DNA from: Fimbriosthenelais zetlandica
Lineage: Eukaryota
Direction of reading: 5' to 3'
Assembly: GCA_977030845.1 (NCBI GenBank)
Contig: OZ365118.1
Coordinates: 20,398,001-20,462,000 of the forward strand
Length of the DNA: 64,000 nt
Part shown: piece after piece, positions 59,718 through 64,000 of the stretch
Layout: each line of letters starts with the position of its first letter
How positions within the stretch are numbered: the first letter of the stretch is position 1
Made by a program: the position numbers and the translations under genes
Notes under the pieces: generated by a model
The model's database searches: none
What the model saw: only the letters and a program-made list of their open reading frames with translations
What the model was told of the DNA's origin: nothing

Positions 59718-62700
59718 CTGAGCAGGTCAATATTTAGTGTGAGTGGAGGCTGACAGTAATCGGGATGTATCCTCACTAGTCGGGTGTCCATGTCATAGAG
59801 TGACCCAGTACTGACCGCTAACTGACCACTACAGGCCGCACTTCACCCCCATGTACCTGTCTACATGCCGGCACATCTCATTCATTACACCCCAACACGC
59901 CAGGGGCGCCATCATCGCCAGGTGGGGGCACAGTAGACGAGCGCAAGTCCTACCATCATTCAATATTTATTGTATTCATATACAATCTTTTCTCCTTGAT
60001 CATTTCATTATTCATCAGTTATTGATTATTTTATATTATTATTTATTACATTTTTCCCCGTCATTTTTACATATATCCTCTATCGCACCCCCATTAGATT
60101 ATTTTCATATATCCAATATCTGTCTGAAGTGACCCCTTTATGTGGGAGATGCCGTGATTGCCCATCTTTGAATAGACTTGCACCATGGTGGGATTCTCCC
60201 TCGCCAGTTTTCTCCTAAGCCAATCATTAATTCCACAAAAGTAATTGCATTCATCAAGTCAGACATTAATCACTTTATACGCCGTCCACAACTAAGTTAC
60301 TAATTACGCGGCGCACTTTACCAGGTCTGCCGCGCGCCGCTACCATTGTGATGAAGTTCATTCGTCTTAGAGGTGCTTTTTATTAACTCATTGTAAAGGT
60401 CATTTAGACATTACCCGCCTCCTGCCTTATACACGTAACTACTGGCGGTTTTTTGGGGGTTACCCTGTTACTAAAGAAGTGGTAACAGGTAAAAGTGTGA
60501 GAGTCTGTCCAGATAAAGGTGGCAGGTACAGGTTTTTTAGTTCAAGTCACAGGGTTCAATAGCTCACGATTGCAGCTCAAGTTAAATAGGGAAAAATAGA
60601 CTTGGGCAGATATATAGATTGAAATCAGCTTAGCTCAATGAAAAAGCTTAGTCAGAAATAATCTCAATTTCTAACTTAAGCACAGCTGCGTACTTCATGC
60701 CATGAACCTGGTATGTTATGTAACTCTTGAGGTTCAAATCAAGTCAGAAACAAAGGAAATTCTCACCGACTAAATGTTGTCTTTAGGGAGCCTAAGACCT
60801 GAGGGCGGGGTAGAGATATAGGGTATTTATGACGTTATGACCATTACAGCCTTTCATGTGGTTTATATGTGACTTTATGATTATGGTGTATAACGGCTGG
60901 TCTGACCGTCAGACTGAGGGCCGTGACTGAGAGGTGACAACCATTAACCCCCCTTCATTACCACCACTCCACCGCTTCCAATTCATTTCCTAAATTAACA
61001 GTGCATTTCATAAGCATGCGGGAGGGTGAGCGGGGAATGGTTGCAGCACCCGGCCCATTAATCAACGCTTAATAAGCACATCCACCGACAACGCTTTCAA
61101 AATACATGACCAATCTTCTCCTTGCTTTCTCCAACCACCGTACAATTTTTTTTGGGGTGTGCGTTACACCATTGATTGTTACTAAAATCCAAGGAAAATT
61201 CCCATTCAGATTCTCTGAGGGGTTAAAAAATAGATTCACTGGCCATTCAGCCAAGATTGCCAATATCTTTTTTCACTGGGTTAGATTATGTAAGGGTAAC
61301 GATTTACTGCCACGCATCCCACTCTAAACTGGAGGTTTTAGGAGATTATCTCAGAAGCTCATTGAATTTGAGCCGGGGGCAGGCCATCCTGGTTAACCCC
61401 TCAATAATATATCCTCACGTTGACACACAATCCTCCCCTTGATTGGTTTTAAAGGACATGCATGCTTATTCCTGGTGCTGCTGCTATTGACGGCCCATCC
61501 CCAGTCAATACAGACAAGGCACATTTATGAAGAATATTCCAGTATGAAGTGGAGGGACAATAAATGCATGGAAGCAGGGATGGGTAAAAAAAACCTGACA
61601 TTAATGGCCAGTTATTCAGCTTTATCATAAAACACTAACGTTGGAGATCTTTTTAAAGGGATCTTATATCAGGGCTGAGTTTTTCGTTCATGTATACATA
61701 AGCAATGATCATAAACTAAAATCAACTCAGTGGTATCGGAGAGTTGCTGTGTGAATACACATGAAGATGTACGGCTAATAGAGTAACAAGACATGACTGA
61801 CAATGTACTCCATTCACAGTTAAATCGTATAAAGGAATGCCATGGAGGGATGTGTTGGTTTGTCTGATGTCAAGTTGACAAGTATTGTTATTGTATGCAG
61901 CTGTGGTCGCCTATTCTCGAGGCTGAGCGGGGGTCAATCTGCCCACCACCCTATGCTTACCACCCTTCATCCAGCATCACTCCCTCAATTGTGCTCCCTA
62001 CCACGAGATGGCTATTGATTTTCCGGTTTGACCACCGTGTTTTCCTCTCAACCCAGACTCAAAATTCCCTCACTGATCTCACAGAAAAAAATCTTAAAGC
62101 TCACAAAAAGATTCAGGCGGGAAATAACACCCTTCCGCTTAGTGAAATGGCACCAATTCCATTCTGTTTTATTTAGAGATTTTTAAATATTTTTCATGGT
62201 GGAAAATTGATTTTTCCACGCGGATCTGTTAGGATTAATATTCAATGGGTTGGATGGCATGTGGTTGGACTGACTAAGGACCCCAAGACAGGTTATTTTT
62301 AAAAGATCATATCAAGTAAAATGCTCCCATTCCAGGGTTCGCATCATCTATGAGATGAAGACGGATGGGGATTCTATGTTTGGATTCAATATTTACTGTC
62401 ACCAAAAATAAACATAGCCTGGAGCAAGTCTATGAAGCATTTGAGAGTGTGATATGAGTTATCCACATTGTGCATGACAATGTGTACTGAATCCATGTAT
62501 GAACACACGAGGGTAAACTCTCATTGATGATATTACATTGGAAGGTATTAATTTCTAATGACTAGTATGGGAAATCAAAACAATCTACATGCATCTTTGG
62601 GTTCTTATAACAATTGGCTCAATATTTTGTCGAAATTTCACTTCATACTTTTTCAGTAATTACATGTATTAGTAATTTATGTAACCTACTGTATAACACT

Positions 62701-64000
62701 GCGTGTACTAATGGGTTCTGTCAGACACAGAATGCAGTATAAGTATGAATACTGGTCTACCTCAATATATCACTGAGTGAGAGTCTCATACAAAATTAAC
62801 GACACAGCCGCAACTCTGCCTGACCCTAAACTGTCAATGGTTCTGGAGAAAGCCAGAGCTTAGACGGGATCCTATTGGGGTTGATCACAGAAGCCAGTTG
62901 TGGCATAAGCAATGGTTGAATAATTGATGGCTTTAAACAGATTATGTGGGCCTGCTTGTCTAGCTCTTATCTAATAAAGAAATGATCACACCCCTTGTAC
63001 TGGCATTAGGAGCGGGTCAGACTAGATGAGGCCTGGGATTTGGATTAGTTTCCACTCACACAAAGGACGAGTAGGGAAATCAATGAAATGTTGGGCAGTG
63101 ATAGAGGTAGAGTTGCTAGAAGGTCTAGAGTGACAGCTGGAGTCGCGGCTTCTCCACCAGGCGATCCGGGGGAACTTTAATTAAAGCTGCCTTACTCAAT
63201 GTAAGACAACACCCAAGGTTTAAGGTTTCAACGGCTGGACCCACTACAGAGTATATAATTCTAAGAATAACCCTGTTCTACGTACTGGGGGCCCCATTAT
63301 GGGTACAATATACCGGTACAAGCTTATCTATTTCCATCCAATTTAAAATAGATTACCTCTATGTACACTTTTAGTTGCAAATTAGTGCGAATATATAAGG
63401 GGAGAAATTGCTAATAAAGTAAGAAATCTAAACAGTAGGCCTCAATATATTGAGTTAGCAATAAATTTTGGAATCTTTTACTGTAAATTGTATCTAACCA
63501 GATCCCACAAGAGGAAATGCCTATTATGAATGTGCTAAAATTGAAATAATATAAATTATAAATATGATGAAAATATAAGAATGTAGATATATCAATTTAT
63601 CATGGGGGAAGGCATTGTGACATAAGGTCACTAAATACTTATTTCTGACAACTGACCAAAAACTAGGGTATGGGAGGGAGCCAAGGCGTTGGTTAGTAGA
63701 GTGACAGAGTTGAGATTTAACCAATACACAACATGGTGAAAAGAGTCCCACCCACCAGCCCAGTCAACAGAATCTAGATCTATACGGTACACACCACGAT
63801 CATGTCCAAAATCTGGGCCCTGAGTGGACCAAGTATAACACAGGCGAGGTGGGTTCATAAGGAAGCACAGTCCTTGCTATGGTAAATATTATTACAGGCG
63901 ATATTGGGGATGGATTTCATTAAACACCCGTGCAGCACAGCAGAGCCAGATTTGTGACTGTGCCAGCTCATGATTCCCTGGCCAGACCCCAGCCCCGTCC

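Overview
Intron-rich, AT-rich animal genomic DNA. It is probably an invertebrate bilaterian (mollusc/lophotrochozoan-like), which is inferred from sequence style and protein resemblance only. I can support four protein-coding genes, each with GT-AG junctions and phases checked by hand. (1) The first coding exon of a GAB/DOS-family PH-domain adaptor on the - strand (10571-10488); the ORF track misses it and the rest of the gene was not found in the window. (2) A complete 13-exon SOL calpain/CAPN15 on + (10891-31785, 1461 aa, 7 RanBP2-type zinc fingers, intact Cys/His/Asn triad), head-to-head with the GAB gene across only 319 bp. (3) A complete ATG13 on + (35208-37846, 5 coding exons, 468 aa, HORMA domain and LIR). 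(4) The last four exons of a PGAP2-family gene on - (47600-46038), whose N-terminal exon was not located. Non-coding space holds many minisatellites, including one with higher-order structure and one compound repeat whose inner unit rises 0,1,2,3. It also holds two MITE-like elements (one with a 5-bp TSD), a decayed tRNA-like SINE head and about ten long G/C homopolymers. There is no CRISPR array, rRNA or intact tRNA. Most ORF-track entries are repeat or antisense artefacts. No databases were searched; family calls rest on recalled conserved motifs.
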